NCBI GenBank assembly: GCA_964358005.1
Contig: CAYHNH010000003.1
Coordinates: 16,334-80,333, forward strand
Source: an uncultured Candidatus Saccharibacteria bacterium
GTDB lineage: Bacteria > Patescibacteriota > Minisyncoccia > Phycocordibacterales > PALSA-1337
Reading direction: 5' to 3'
Length of the DNA stretch: 64,000 bases
The notes beneath the pieces are model-generated. The model made no database searches. It saw only the letters and a program-made list of their open reading frames with translations, and was not told where the DNA came from. This document shows, piece after piece, positions 28,251-36,232 of the stretch; within the stretch, counting starts at the first letter, position 1, and every line of letters starts with the position of its first letter. Both the position numbers and the translations under genes were made by a program.

Positions 28251-29326
28251 TAGTTGCCTTTCTTGTTGTTGGATTTTTTGCCCAGCGTCGATGTGTCGGT
28301 CAACGCTATGTTACTGATGCCGCCCCTGCCACCCTCGATGCGGGTGACGCGCTGATCGCGCATGAGGCGGGCCTTCTGGAACTTTTCCCACATCTGTTCC
28401 CAGGTGCCGATCCTGGAGGCCTTCATATACATCTCGACGATCTCCAGATTCGTCTTGGTCTCGGCCACTTCGGCCAGACGGTCGAACACTTCGCGAGCTT
28501 GCGCTCTCATAGCCTCCAGGATGTCATCCGGCAGATCGAATTTGGCTTGTATCTGCCTGACTTCGATGCCAAACGTCTCACCCTCGAAGATGTGCTCAAG
28601 TTCAGCCTCCATCGGGCCTGCCAGGAATTGCTTCGGGTCGGTGACTACTTGATGACTGCTCAGTCCTACCGCCCGCGCCTTGGTGTCCTGGACCACGATG
28701 CCGTCGAGCAGGGGCTTGATGCCATCCCACTTTCCGGCCTGGACGAAGTCGACCGCATCGCTGAGGTCAACCTCGAACCGTCCATCGATCTCTCCATCCA
28801 AGGGAACCTGATCCACCCCGCAGATTATCTGCATGTGAAATTCGAGATTCTTGTCCGTGATGTCGATCGGGTCGGTATCGATGTGGAATGGCCAGATTGG
28901 TAAGACCAAGGTTCTTCCTCCTACTGTGATACCGCCGTTCTCTTGATCAATGTAGGCATCCCAGCATTTGAGGAGGCCGGCAGTCCGTGGATCGGATGGG
29001 TGAACCTTTTCACCTTTCCACCAGATCAGGATACCTAGCACCAATGGCGGAAGCCCGAAGGGATTTCCGAGAAGGGACAGGGTGATTCCTGACCCGACGA
29101 GTAATATGCAGACCATGAGGATGGAGAGCGTAATGCCGTTCGCAAATGGCTTCAGGCTCGGCGCAGACGTCTCGTGACGCTTTTTGCGCTTCGCCTTCTG
29201 ACCATCGTCTGTCACTTGCGGCTTCTCGGCTTTCGCCAGGGAAGCACGCGAGTTGATCATGAGCATGATTATGGCAACGACAGCCATTATCAGTCCGATC
29301 CCTATCAGTATGTTACCGATGTTCAT
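28250..29326 (-). CDS. SPFH/band-7 (stomatin/flotillin-like) domain membrane protein
   Basis: Two N-terminal TM helices then SPFH-like core (GITVGGRTLVLPIWPF...EAMRAQAREVFDRLAEVAETKTNLEIVEMYMKA). Start uncertain between ATG 29326 and upstream TTG 29389. Confidence 0.45.
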   Translation of the reverse strand: MNIGNILIGIGLIMAVVAIIMLMINSRASLAKAEKPQVTDDGQKAKRKKRHETSAPSLKPFANGITLSILMVCILLVGSGITLSLLGNPFGLPPLVLGILIWWKGEKVHPSDPRTAGLLKCWDAYIDQENGGITVGGRTLVLPIWPFHIDTDPIDITDKNLEFHMQIICGVDQVPLDGEIDGRFEVDLSDAVDFVQAGKWDGIKPLLDGIVVQDTKARAVGLSSHQVVTDPKQFLAGPMEAELEHIFEGETFGIEVRQIQAKFDLPDDILEAMRAQAREVFDRLAEVAETKTNLEIVEMYMKASRIGTWEQMWEKFQKARLMRDQRVTRIEGGRGGISNIALTDTSTLGKKSNNKKGN

Positions 29327-29604
29327 TTGGACGCTAGTTTCGAGCCGTCCCGGAATGGGAGGCTCATTGGTTGAGGATTGAGTTTTCAACGTGCTTTCGT
29401 ACGTTGGTATTGACTGGTGTTAATAGTAGCACTTTTGGGTATGTTTGTCAAGTAATAAAATGGCTCAAAATATGGGTTATTGGGCGTAGGCAGCTCAAAT
29501 TTGGGACAAAAAAGCGCCCCCGATGCAAGCATCAGGGGCGTTGTGTTCTTCGCTATGGATCCCTGCGGACCCTGGAGGAAGAACGTCACGAGTAGAGACC
29601 TTCG

Positions 29605-31347
29605 TCAGTAGCGGAAATGACCGCTGTAGACGACGGGATCGACTCGGGTGTGGCCTCGGAAGGCCGGGGGGAGCGGCAGCGGGTTCACGACCGGCACCAC
29701 ATACTGCATCCGTTCAACCGGTGCGCAGTAGGCGGGATTGTAGCTTTGGCCGTAATCGGCGTAGGCCACCTGCCCGTAGTTGGTCTGCTGCTGGGGCGCT
29801 CGGACGAGCGTCCCATTCTGCTCCGGCGGCGAGCGGTAAAGCTCTTCGCCGGGGTAGGGGTGCGGAACGATGGCACTTACAGGCTTCGCCCCCAGCTGCG
29901 GCCCTTGCGGAGCGGCCGACTCGGGTTGAACCCGCGGTCCTTCATCCGGCATCTCGCGACGCGAGCGACCGGACTGGACTGGGGCGGGCTGGAAGCCCTG
30001 ACCCTGGTGCGGCTGACCCTGGACGACCTGGGGCGCCGCGGGCTGCACGTAGATCACCTGCGGGGCAGGCGCTGCCGCTGCCGGTTGAGCCGGCTGCGAC
30101 GGAACGGGCGCCCAGGGTTGGTGGATCGCATGCATGCTGTAGGATTGCCAGGCCATGAAGGCCAGGCAGCCCAGGATCAGCACGATGACGAACACCAGCG
30201 CCCAGAGCCACGGGGACCCGGACTTCGACGACTTGGTCGTGCGCTCCGAGGTGGTCGTTGCCGACCTCCGCGAACCGCCGCGACGCTTGTCATCGTCGTC
30301 ATCCGAACTGCCACCACCGGAGCCACCACCACCGAACTTCGCGAGAAGCTCGGAGTGGCGCTTGTTCGCATCGGAATCCGAGCGAGCAAAACCGTCGTTG
30401 ACGGTGCCGGCGAGCTGCGTGACCTGGTTCTTCAGCGCTTCCAGCTCCGTGCGGAGCTTGGTGGCCTCATCCTTGGTCGCCGCGTTGCCGATCTTCGTGC
30501 GAAGCTCGGCCATCTCGCGCTCGATCGCGATGATACGGGCGTCGTTGTTGCCAGCAGGCTGGTTGCCGCCGCCGGTGTTGTCACCAGGCTTCGGCTTCTC
30601 AACGTGTTGCAACGCCAGGACGTGCTCGGGGAGGAGTTCGAACACACAGGTGCCCGGCTCGCTCTTGTTGCCGTCCTTGTCGAACGACACGACCGAGACC
30701 ACGAGCTCGTCGCCCGCGGGGTTCAGCTTCGGCTTGTTGCCGAGCAGGACCTCGAGATGACCGTGCGTCACCCCGTCCTTGTCGATCGCCTTGTCGGCCG
30801 CGTTGGCCGTCATGGGCCCGAAGCTGTCACCGGCCTTGTTCTTGGCCGAAATGACGTGCTTCACGACGGACGGTTCTTCCGTCGTGATCCGGAGGAAGAG
30901 CCCACCACGGGTCTCTTCCTTCCGCTTGTTCGTGCGCTTGACGTCCGGCTTCTTCACGGCTTTCTTGCCGGCGCTCGCGCCACTGCCGCCACCACTTGTG
31001 CCGGACGCATTGGCCATGACTTCCGTCACGGTCATCGCGTCGAGGGTGGTTTGGCCAGTGGCCATTTCGGCGGCGGGCGTGCTGTTGGCGTCCGTCACCT
31101 TGATCTCGACATCGATCGGCTCTCCGACCACGATGTCCGTGATCGGGTTCTTGGTTTGGAGTTGGAGTTTGGTGATGTCGAACTGCAGCTTGTCCGACAC
31201 CATGTCACTGCGAGCGATCGTTCCAAGCCAGAGCAGCGTGCCCTTGGCGTTGGTGACCGTAGCGGTGACGTGGGTGGTATCTGCAGAGAGGCTTTCCAAG
31301 TAGACTTGGGCACCCTCGATTTTGGTAACATTGGGCTTCGTTGGCAT
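29605..31347 (-). CDS. large bitopic membrane protein: about 390-aa cytoplasmic region with coiled coil, single TM, about 180-aa Pro/Gln-rich C-terminal tail
   Basis: Coiled-coil segment IAIEREMAELRTKIGNAATKDEATKLRTELEALKNQVTQLAG; TM WLWALVFVIVLILGCLAFMAW; tail PQVIYVQPAAPQVVQGQPHQGQGFQPAPVQ. Most G+C-rich gene in the window; the antisense ORF is judged a shadow. Confidence 0.5.
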   Translation of the reverse strand: MPTKPNVTKIEGAQVYLESLSADTTHVTATVTNAKGTLLWLGTIARSDMVSDKLQFDITKLQLQTKNPITDIVVGEPIDVEIKVTDANSTPAAEMATGQTTLDAMTVTEVMANASGTSGGGSGASAGKKAVKKPDVKRTNKRKEETRGGLFLRITTEEPSVVKHVISAKNKAGDSFGPMTANAADKAIDKDGVTHGHLEVLLGNKPKLNPAGDELVVSVVSFDKDGNKSEPGTCVFELLPEHVLALQHVEKPKPGDNTGGGNQPAGNNDARIIAIEREMAELRTKIGNAATKDEATKLRTELEALKNQVTQLAGTVNDGFARSDSDANKRHSELLAKFGGGGSGGGSSDDDDDKRRGGSRRSATTTSERTTKSSKSGSPWLWALVFVIVLILGCLAFMAWQSYSMHAIHQPWAPVPSQPAQPAAAAPAPQVIYVQPAAPQVVQGQPHQGQGFQPAPVQSGRSRREMPDEGPRVQPESAAPQGPQLGAKPVSAIVPHPYPGEELYRSPPEQNGTLVRAPQQQTNYGQVAYADYGQSYNPAYCAPVERMQYVVPVVNPLPLPPAFRGHTRVDPVVYSGHFRY

Positions 31348-31613
31348 GGTTCTGACTTCCGGTAATGACCGCGCTTTTTGAAGGCGCAGGTCGGGTTTAG
31401 TTGTTCATTTCAACCCACCTGCGCTTGCGCGAAAGGGGCCGAACTGATGCTTTCACAGACAAAAGTATTCGGCTGTCAACAGGATGCTTGATCCTGGGGC
31501 TACACAGCCCTGAACTATGAATTCTTGTACAATGATACTACATATAGAGGTAAAAGTCAAGGGCAGATGAAATATAACTATAATATCGAATAAAGGCTCA
31601 AGTTTGCTGTTTT

Positions 31614-31665
31614 CTAGAAAAAAAGAAGGCCCGCAGTCATAAATGACGGCTGGGCCCTCCTCGTA
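31614..31665 (-). terminator. candidate rho-independent terminator (minus strand) after the 31697-33181 gene
   Basis: On the minus strand GGGCCCAGCCGTCA-TTTA-TGACTGCGGGCC imperfect hairpin followed by TTCTTTTTTTC. Confidence 0.35.
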
Positions 31666-31696
31666 GAGGATTGAAACTAACTCTTTTTGATAAACA

Positions 31697-33181
31697 TTAT
31701 CTGAGGTTACGATCGCACCAGTTCCTGGCAGGAACCGGATGGAACGCTGACTGGAGCAGGCCGAGCGCGCCTGTCGTCGGATCCCTTCCGACCAGTTCTT
31801 CCCAGGGGATGTAGGTGGGGTGGCGGTCGATCGTGTTACTGCCATTCAGGAACATTTCACCTTTCTTGAAGTAGTACCACAGACCGTCGTCACCATCGCC
31901 TTCCTGACCGCACTGCTCGAACGAGGGAAGCAGTTTCCGTCCGAGCTTCTTCAGCTCGAATATACGGATCATGCGCACGGGATACTCGAGGATGCCGGCA
32001 TAGCGATAGGTGGCCTTCGAACCAGTCACGCACAGCTTGAGCTCCTCGTCAGAGAAGATCTGCACGTTACCGGTCTTCTTGGCCCGGACCACCGTGACGC
32101 CTGGCATCTTCTTGTCGTCGGGGATGTGCTTCTGAAGCAGATTCCGACAATGCCTGGCCGCCTTGTGCGCATTCCGGCTGTCCGTCGTCGTGGCGCTCAG
32201 CAGGATGATCCGCTCCTCGCCATCGAGAAGCGCCCGAACGAAGATGGGCGCCTCCTTGCTCTGCCTGTCGACCTCGGACCAGAAGTCCGCTTGGTCGATA
32301 TGCATCGCCACGAAGGCATACTCGAGCAGGTCTGCGATGTCCTGTTCCGTGGTCGCCACATCCTTGGCGCTGGTCCGCGCCATCGCTTCGACTCCGAAGG
32401 CCAGTTCCGTGACGTAAGTTCGGTCTGCGCCTTCTTTGTCGGGAACGAATGTCGCTTTGCGTTGCATGCTGCCATGCATGCGCTGGAACAGGCTGCTGCG
32501 GATGCGCGGTTCCATCGGGCCGTTGGCCTCCTCCCAATCGCCGAGCCACTTGCGGAAGTAGTCGACGAGGTTCTTCTCTCCGGGGGGACGCTCCAGCTTG
32601 ACCGAAGCCATGATCTGGCTCTCGCGAGTGATGATCGCAATGATCAGCGGCTCAATGAAGCTAAAGATCCTCTTGGCGGCGTCGACATTTCGACGATTGT
32701 CCACCTTGATGAGCTCAGCTAGCATCGTCGACCGACAACCACTCTCGGTGTCGCACCGCAGGACTTCTGCCAGAAGCCGCCGCAGCGCCGCCACGTCCTC
32801 CTTCTTAAGGTAGTTCGCGACGAGCCGAGTCGAACACCATCCGGGCATGCGGTCGCCACCTTCCTTCAGGTGCTCGTTGAAGCGACACTTGTCGCCAGTT
32901 CCGAACGGCAGGATGCCGTCCGCGTCGAACTGTTCCTCTGTGCCGGTCATGTCGCCGAAGACGATGTTCCGGTCCCGCAAGGCTTTGCGGATACCGGGGA
33001 ACACGTCTTCGCCGAACAGTGCCGCCACTATCGCTCCAGCGACTTCGTCAAGGTGTGGCGATGGATGCATCGCCAGTTTCTTGACTGGGATCACTGGTAC
33101 CGGGTATGCGAACCCGGTGAACGTCGGGTTTATGAACCCTGCTGACGCTATCATGGGAGTCCTTTGGTTGATGAGGCCCAT
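31697..33181 (-). CDS. hypothetical protein (494 aa), G+C-rich
   Basis: Long ORF with protein-like composition; possible metal-binding His-rich N-terminal motif (MHPSPHLDEV); no family recognised. The plus-strand overlapping ORFs are shadows. Confidence 0.45.
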   Translation of the reverse strand: MGLINQRTPMIASAGFINPTFTGFAYPVPVIPVKKLAMHPSPHLDEVAGAIVAALFGEDVFPGIRKALRDRNIVFGDMTGTEEQFDADGILPFGTGDKCRFNEHLKEGGDRMPGWCSTRLVANYLKKEDVAALRRLLAEVLRCDTESGCRSTMLAELIKVDNRRNVDAAKRIFSFIEPLIIAIITRESQIMASVKLERPPGEKNLVDYFRKWLGDWEEANGPMEPRIRSSLFQRMHGSMQRKATFVPDKEGADRTYVTELAFGVEAMARTSAKDVATTEQDIADLLEYAFVAMHIDQADFWSEVDRQSKEAPIFVRALLDGEERIILLSATTTDSRNAHKAARHCRNLLQKHIPDDKKMPGVTVVRAKKTGNVQIFSDEELKLCVTGSKATYRYAGILEYPVRMIRIFELKKLGRKLLPSFEQCGQEGDGDDGLWYYFKKGEMFLNGSNTIDRHPTYIPWEELVGRDPTTGALGLLQSAFHPVPARNWCDRNLR

Positions 33182-33311
33182 GCCTCGTTTTTGGTTTTGG
33201 GAAATAGCGCTGTTCTCTCAGATATGTTGTAAAGAACGGAGAAACCAGCTGAGGCGCATTATATCACATAATTAAGCTATAAGTCAATATACTCTGTAAA
33301 TGTCAATTTTG

Positions 33312-33393
33312 TGGGCACGGGGAGACTCGAACTCCCAAGTCTTGCGACACATGGTCCTAAGCCATGCGCGTATACCAATTCCGCCACGTGCCC
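33312..33393 (-). tRNA. tRNA-Leu (anticodon TAG), long variable arm
   Basis: Acceptor GGGCACG/CGTGCCC, anticodon stem-loop CATGG-CTTAGGA-CCATG, long variable arm, T-loop TTCGAGT; 82 nt. Confidence 0.85.
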
Positions 33394-33428
33394 ATGCCTC
33401 GATAATAATACACGAAACCTTTGCCTTT

Positions 33429-33502
33429 GTGCGCCCAGTAGGGATCGAACCTACGACCTTGTCCTTAAGAGGGACCTGCTCTACCAGCTGAGCTATGGGC
33501 GC
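33429..33502 (-). tRNA. tRNA-Lys (anticodon CTT)
   Basis: Acceptor GCGCCCA/TGGGCGC, D-arm GCTC-AGCTGGTA-GAGC, anticodon loop CTCTTAA (one 27-43 mismatch), T-loop TTCGATC; 74 nt. Confidence 0.8.
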
Positions 33503-33670
33503 GAGTGAGGACGAAAGCGAGCGTTCCAACGCTCAGCTTTAGTCCGAGCGACGCGCCTATATGTCCTCATATGGGCGCGAGTGAGAAAAAATATACCAGA
33601 AAATGAGCTTTTGGGCAATTGACGAGGCGTACCCTTGAAATCCCACCGCCCATATGTCATACTGCATTCC

Positions 33671-33898
33671 ATGGTAAATCGAATGCGCTCTACGCGCTCC
33701 CACCGCAATAACAGAAGGTCGCATCATTCGCTCGATGCGGCACGCGTCTCGAAGTGCAGCAATTGCGCCGCAGCTCACAAGAGCCACGCGATCTGCATGA
33801 ATTGCGGCTGGTACAACGGACGCAAGGTCATCGACTTCGCCGTGAAGGCGGCCAAGCAGTCGAAGAAGATAGAGGCCAAGAAGGCGGCAGCGAAGTAG
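33671..33898 (+). CDS. rpmF: 50S ribosomal protein L32
   Basis: MVNRMRSTRSHRNNRRSHHSL aligns with the L32 N-terminus (..TRSKRGMRRSHDAL); CxxC...CxxC zinc ribbon (CSNC...CMNC); GWYNGRKVI matches the L32 C-terminal motif. Confidence 0.75.
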   Translation: MVNRMRSTRSHRNNRRSHHSLDAARVSKCSNCAAAHKSHAICMNCGWYNGRKVIDFAVKAAKQSKKIEAKKAAAK

Positions 33899-33958
33899 GC
33901 AGGGCAGGTGGCGCGTTGCAAAATGGGCATGGTCTGGCAGTTTCAGAACTTTTAATAC

Positions 33959-34858
33959 ATGGCAAATCGACATCTCTCACGTTCAGTCGTACTGCAATCC
34001 CTCTTTGAATGGGATTTCTGTGGAGGGCACTCCGATCTGGAGCCGCTTATCGCCCGCAATATCAAGGAATTCGCACCAGGACTCACCGATCAGTCATTTG
34101 TAGATGATCTCATAAAAGGCGTCATCGCCAAGAAGAAAGAGCTCGATACTATCATCGAGAAGGCCGCTCCTGATTGGCCGATAGACAAGATATCGCCGGT
34201 AGACAGGAATGTCCTGCGCTTGGGGCTGTATGAGCTCCTGTTCGCTGACCGCGGTGAGGTGCCAGCCAAGGTCGCTATAAACGAGGCCATCGAGCTGGCC
34301 AAGACATTCGGGGGAGATACGAGCGGAAGATTCGTGAACGGCGTGCTCGGCGCGGTCTATAAGGAACTAGGCGAGCCGGGCAAAGAGGCGGCGCCGATGA
34401 AGAAAAAGAAGATACCAGATGTGCCGTTCGAGAGCATGCTCATCCAGCATCTCGGCGGGGCGGTGATATACGCGAAAAGCGGCAAAGACATATATCTCGC
34501 GTTCGTCCATGACATATTTGGGCATTGGACATTATCTAAGGGCAAGATAGCGGAGGGCATAGATCCGACCGAGGGCACAGTAGCGAAGGTCATGGAGGAA
34601 GTCGGTCTCGAGGTCAGGATAAAAGCCGACCTTGGCTCCAATGAATACGTGGCCAACGACCCGGAGCTCGGCAAGATCAGGAAGCAGGTGCACTATTATC
34701 TGGCCGAGTCGCCGTTCGTCGATCTCAAGCTGGCCAAGAAGCCCGGTCTAGATGACGCCAAATGGTTCAAGCTCTCCGACATCCTTGAGCTCAATTTTTA
34801 TAATGACATCCTGCCTATCGTCACTAAGGCGGTGACTATGCTTAGCGAACAAAAATGA
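33959..34858 (+). CDS. nusB: NusB transcription antitermination factor fused to a C-terminal Nudix-like domain
   Basis: Residues 1-138 match NusB (RHLSRSVVLQSLFEWDF...VDRNVLRLGLYELLF...AINEAIELAKTFGGD..GRFVNGVLG); the C-terminal about 160 aa carry a Nudix-fold signature (WTLSKGKIAEGIDPTEGTVAKVMEEVGLEV) with a degenerate Nudix box. Confidence 0.7.
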   Translation: MANRHLSRSVVLQSLFEWDFCGGHSDLEPLIARNIKEFAPGLTDQSFVDDLIKGVIAKKKELDTIIEKAAPDWPIDKISPVDRNVLRLGLYELLFADRGEVPAKVAINEAIELAKTFGGDTSGRFVNGVLGAVYKELGEPGKEAAPMKKKKIPDVPFESMLIQHLGGAVIYAKSGKDIYLAFVHDIFGHWTLSKGKIAEGIDPTEGTVAKVMEEVGLEVRIKADLGSNEYVANDPELGKIRKQVHYYLAESPFVDLKLAKKPGLDDAKWFKLSDILELNFYNDILPIVTKAVTMLSEQK

Positions 34859-35556
34859 CGACCATAAATTTCGAATCTCTGGCGGAGCATATCGGCGTGG
34901 CTTTTTCTGATATATCCATATTGCGGACGGCCTGCACGCACCGGTCGTATCTGAATGAGAACCGCGGCTCGGGCATGGAGCATAATGAGCGCCTTGAATT
35001 CCTGGGCGATGCGGTCCTCGAGCTGGTGGTGACCAGCTTTTTATACAGAAAATATCCGAAGAGGCAGGAAGGGGATCTGACGGCCTATCGGTCGGCTATC
35101 GTGAATACCGTGAGCCTGACGAAGGTCGCGGAGAGGATCGGCTTGGGCGACTACATGCTTTTGTCCCGTGGCGAATCCAAGGATACCGGCCGCGCGAGGT
35201 CGGTCATAATAGCGAACGCTGTCGAAGCCACGATCGGCGCTATCTATATAGACCAGGGCTATGACGCGGCGGGGCAGTTCGTAGCGGATCATATCCTGAA
35301 TGTCATAGATATAGAGAACATAGTCGAGAATAAATCTTGGATGGACGCCAAGAGCCGATTCCAGGAGATGGCGCAGGAGAAGACTGGTGTCACGCCGACT
35401 TACAGAACGCTGAAGGAGGCGGGACCGGATCATGACAAACAGTTCACTCTGGCGGTATTTCTAGGCGATGTGCAGGTTGCCATAGGCAGTGGGCCGTCTA
35501 AGCAGGAGGCGGAACAGCGCGCGGCTGAGAAGGGGCTTGAGGTGAAGGGGTGGTAA
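34855..35556 (+). CDS. rnc: ribonuclease III
   Basis: ERLEFLGDAVLELVV catalytic signature plus C-terminal dsRBD; ATGA overlap with the nusB stop. Confidence 0.9.
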   Translation: MTTINFESLAEHIGVAFSDISILRTACTHRSYLNENRGSGMEHNERLEFLGDAVLELVVTSFLYRKYPKRQEGDLTAYRSAIVNTVSLTKVAERIGLGDYMLLSRGESKDTGRARSVIIANAVEATIGAIYIDQGYDAAGQFVADHILNVIDIENIVENKSWMDAKSRFQEMAQEKTGVTPTYRTLKEAGPDHDKQFTLAVFLGDVQVAIGSGPSKQEAEQRAAEKGLEVKGW

Positions 35557-35595
35557 TTATTCTCATCTATCAACAACCGTAGCAGGACCTGAGTT

Positions 35596-35940
35596 TTATT
35601 CCATATAACCCTCGTAATCGCCGTTGTCGTATTTAGCCGGCTCAAACTTTATCTTCACACCTAGCGCTTTTGTCAGCTTTATCAACTGATAGAGAGTCGG
35701 GTTAGTGCGTCCTGATTCGATGCGCGCGATGTTTGACTGTGGTATGCCACAATGCTTCGATAGGTCATTCTGGCTCCATCCTTTTTCTTCGCGGTGACGC
35801 GCGAGATCTTTAAAAATCTCGAACATAAGGCTAAGGTAGCCGAATGATCCGCCGTCCTTAGAATTTTTAAGGTCGGTGAAGATGAATTCGGTGTATTTTT
35901 TAGGTGGTGGAACAAATGGTACGTATGACATCGCGGGCAT
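35596..35940 (-). CDS. XRE-family helix-turn-helix transcriptional regulator
   Basis: C-terminal HTH_XRE segment GWSQNDLSKHCGIPQSNIARIESGRTNPTLYQLIKLTKALG; start tentatively at ATG 35940. Confidence 0.55.
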   Translation of the reverse strand: MPAMSYVPFVPPPKKYTEFIFTDLKNSKDGGSFGYLSLMFEIFKDLARHREEKGWSQNDLSKHCGIPQSNIARIESGRTNPTLYQLIKLTKALGVKIKFEPAKYDNGDYEGYME

Positions 35941-36045
35941 TTTATCAGTTCTGTTGAGATTGTGCATCAAAAAATAACTGGGAGCAAAAAATGCAGATAG
36001 GTGGAACAAGGGCAGGCGGGGGGTAAGGGTGTTCCAGTACAGGCC

Positions 36046-36113
36046 CTATATCATCTTTGATATAGGTTTTTCGCGTAAAACGACGAGAATTCCCTATATC
36101 ATATATGATATAG
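36046..36113. promoter_or_regulatory. two operator-like 8-4-8 inverted repeats CTATATCA-N4-TGATATAG spaced 48 bp apart
   Basis: ctatatcaTCTTtgatatag at 36046-36065 and ctatatcaTATAtgatatag at 36094-36113, in the divergent region between the XRE regulator (-) and the smc-like gene (+). Confidence 0.5.
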
Positions 36114-36232
36114 CCCACGGGAATGAGAACGTGTGCCCCCTGCCAGAAGCGCACACAACCAAACGCGGTGCTCCACATATTCACGCCCAATTTTCGACTT
36201 TTTACGCTACAATTAGGCGACATCCCAATAGA

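Noticed and set aside
29617-31365. 582-aa plus-strand ORF, plus 29523-30158, 30155-30760 and 30779-31303
   Set aside because: These are antisense shadow ORFs inside the very G+C-rich minus-strand gene 29605-31347. They are Arg/Gly/Leu-rich with no sensible topology, whereas the minus-strand product has a coiled coil, a single TM helix and a Pro/Gln-rich tail.
31820-32722. 300-aa plus-strand ORF, and the nested 32067-32549 and 32197-32640 minus-frame ORFs
   Set aside because: These overlap the longer, better-composed minus-strand ORF 31697-33181 and are typical GC-rich shadow frames.
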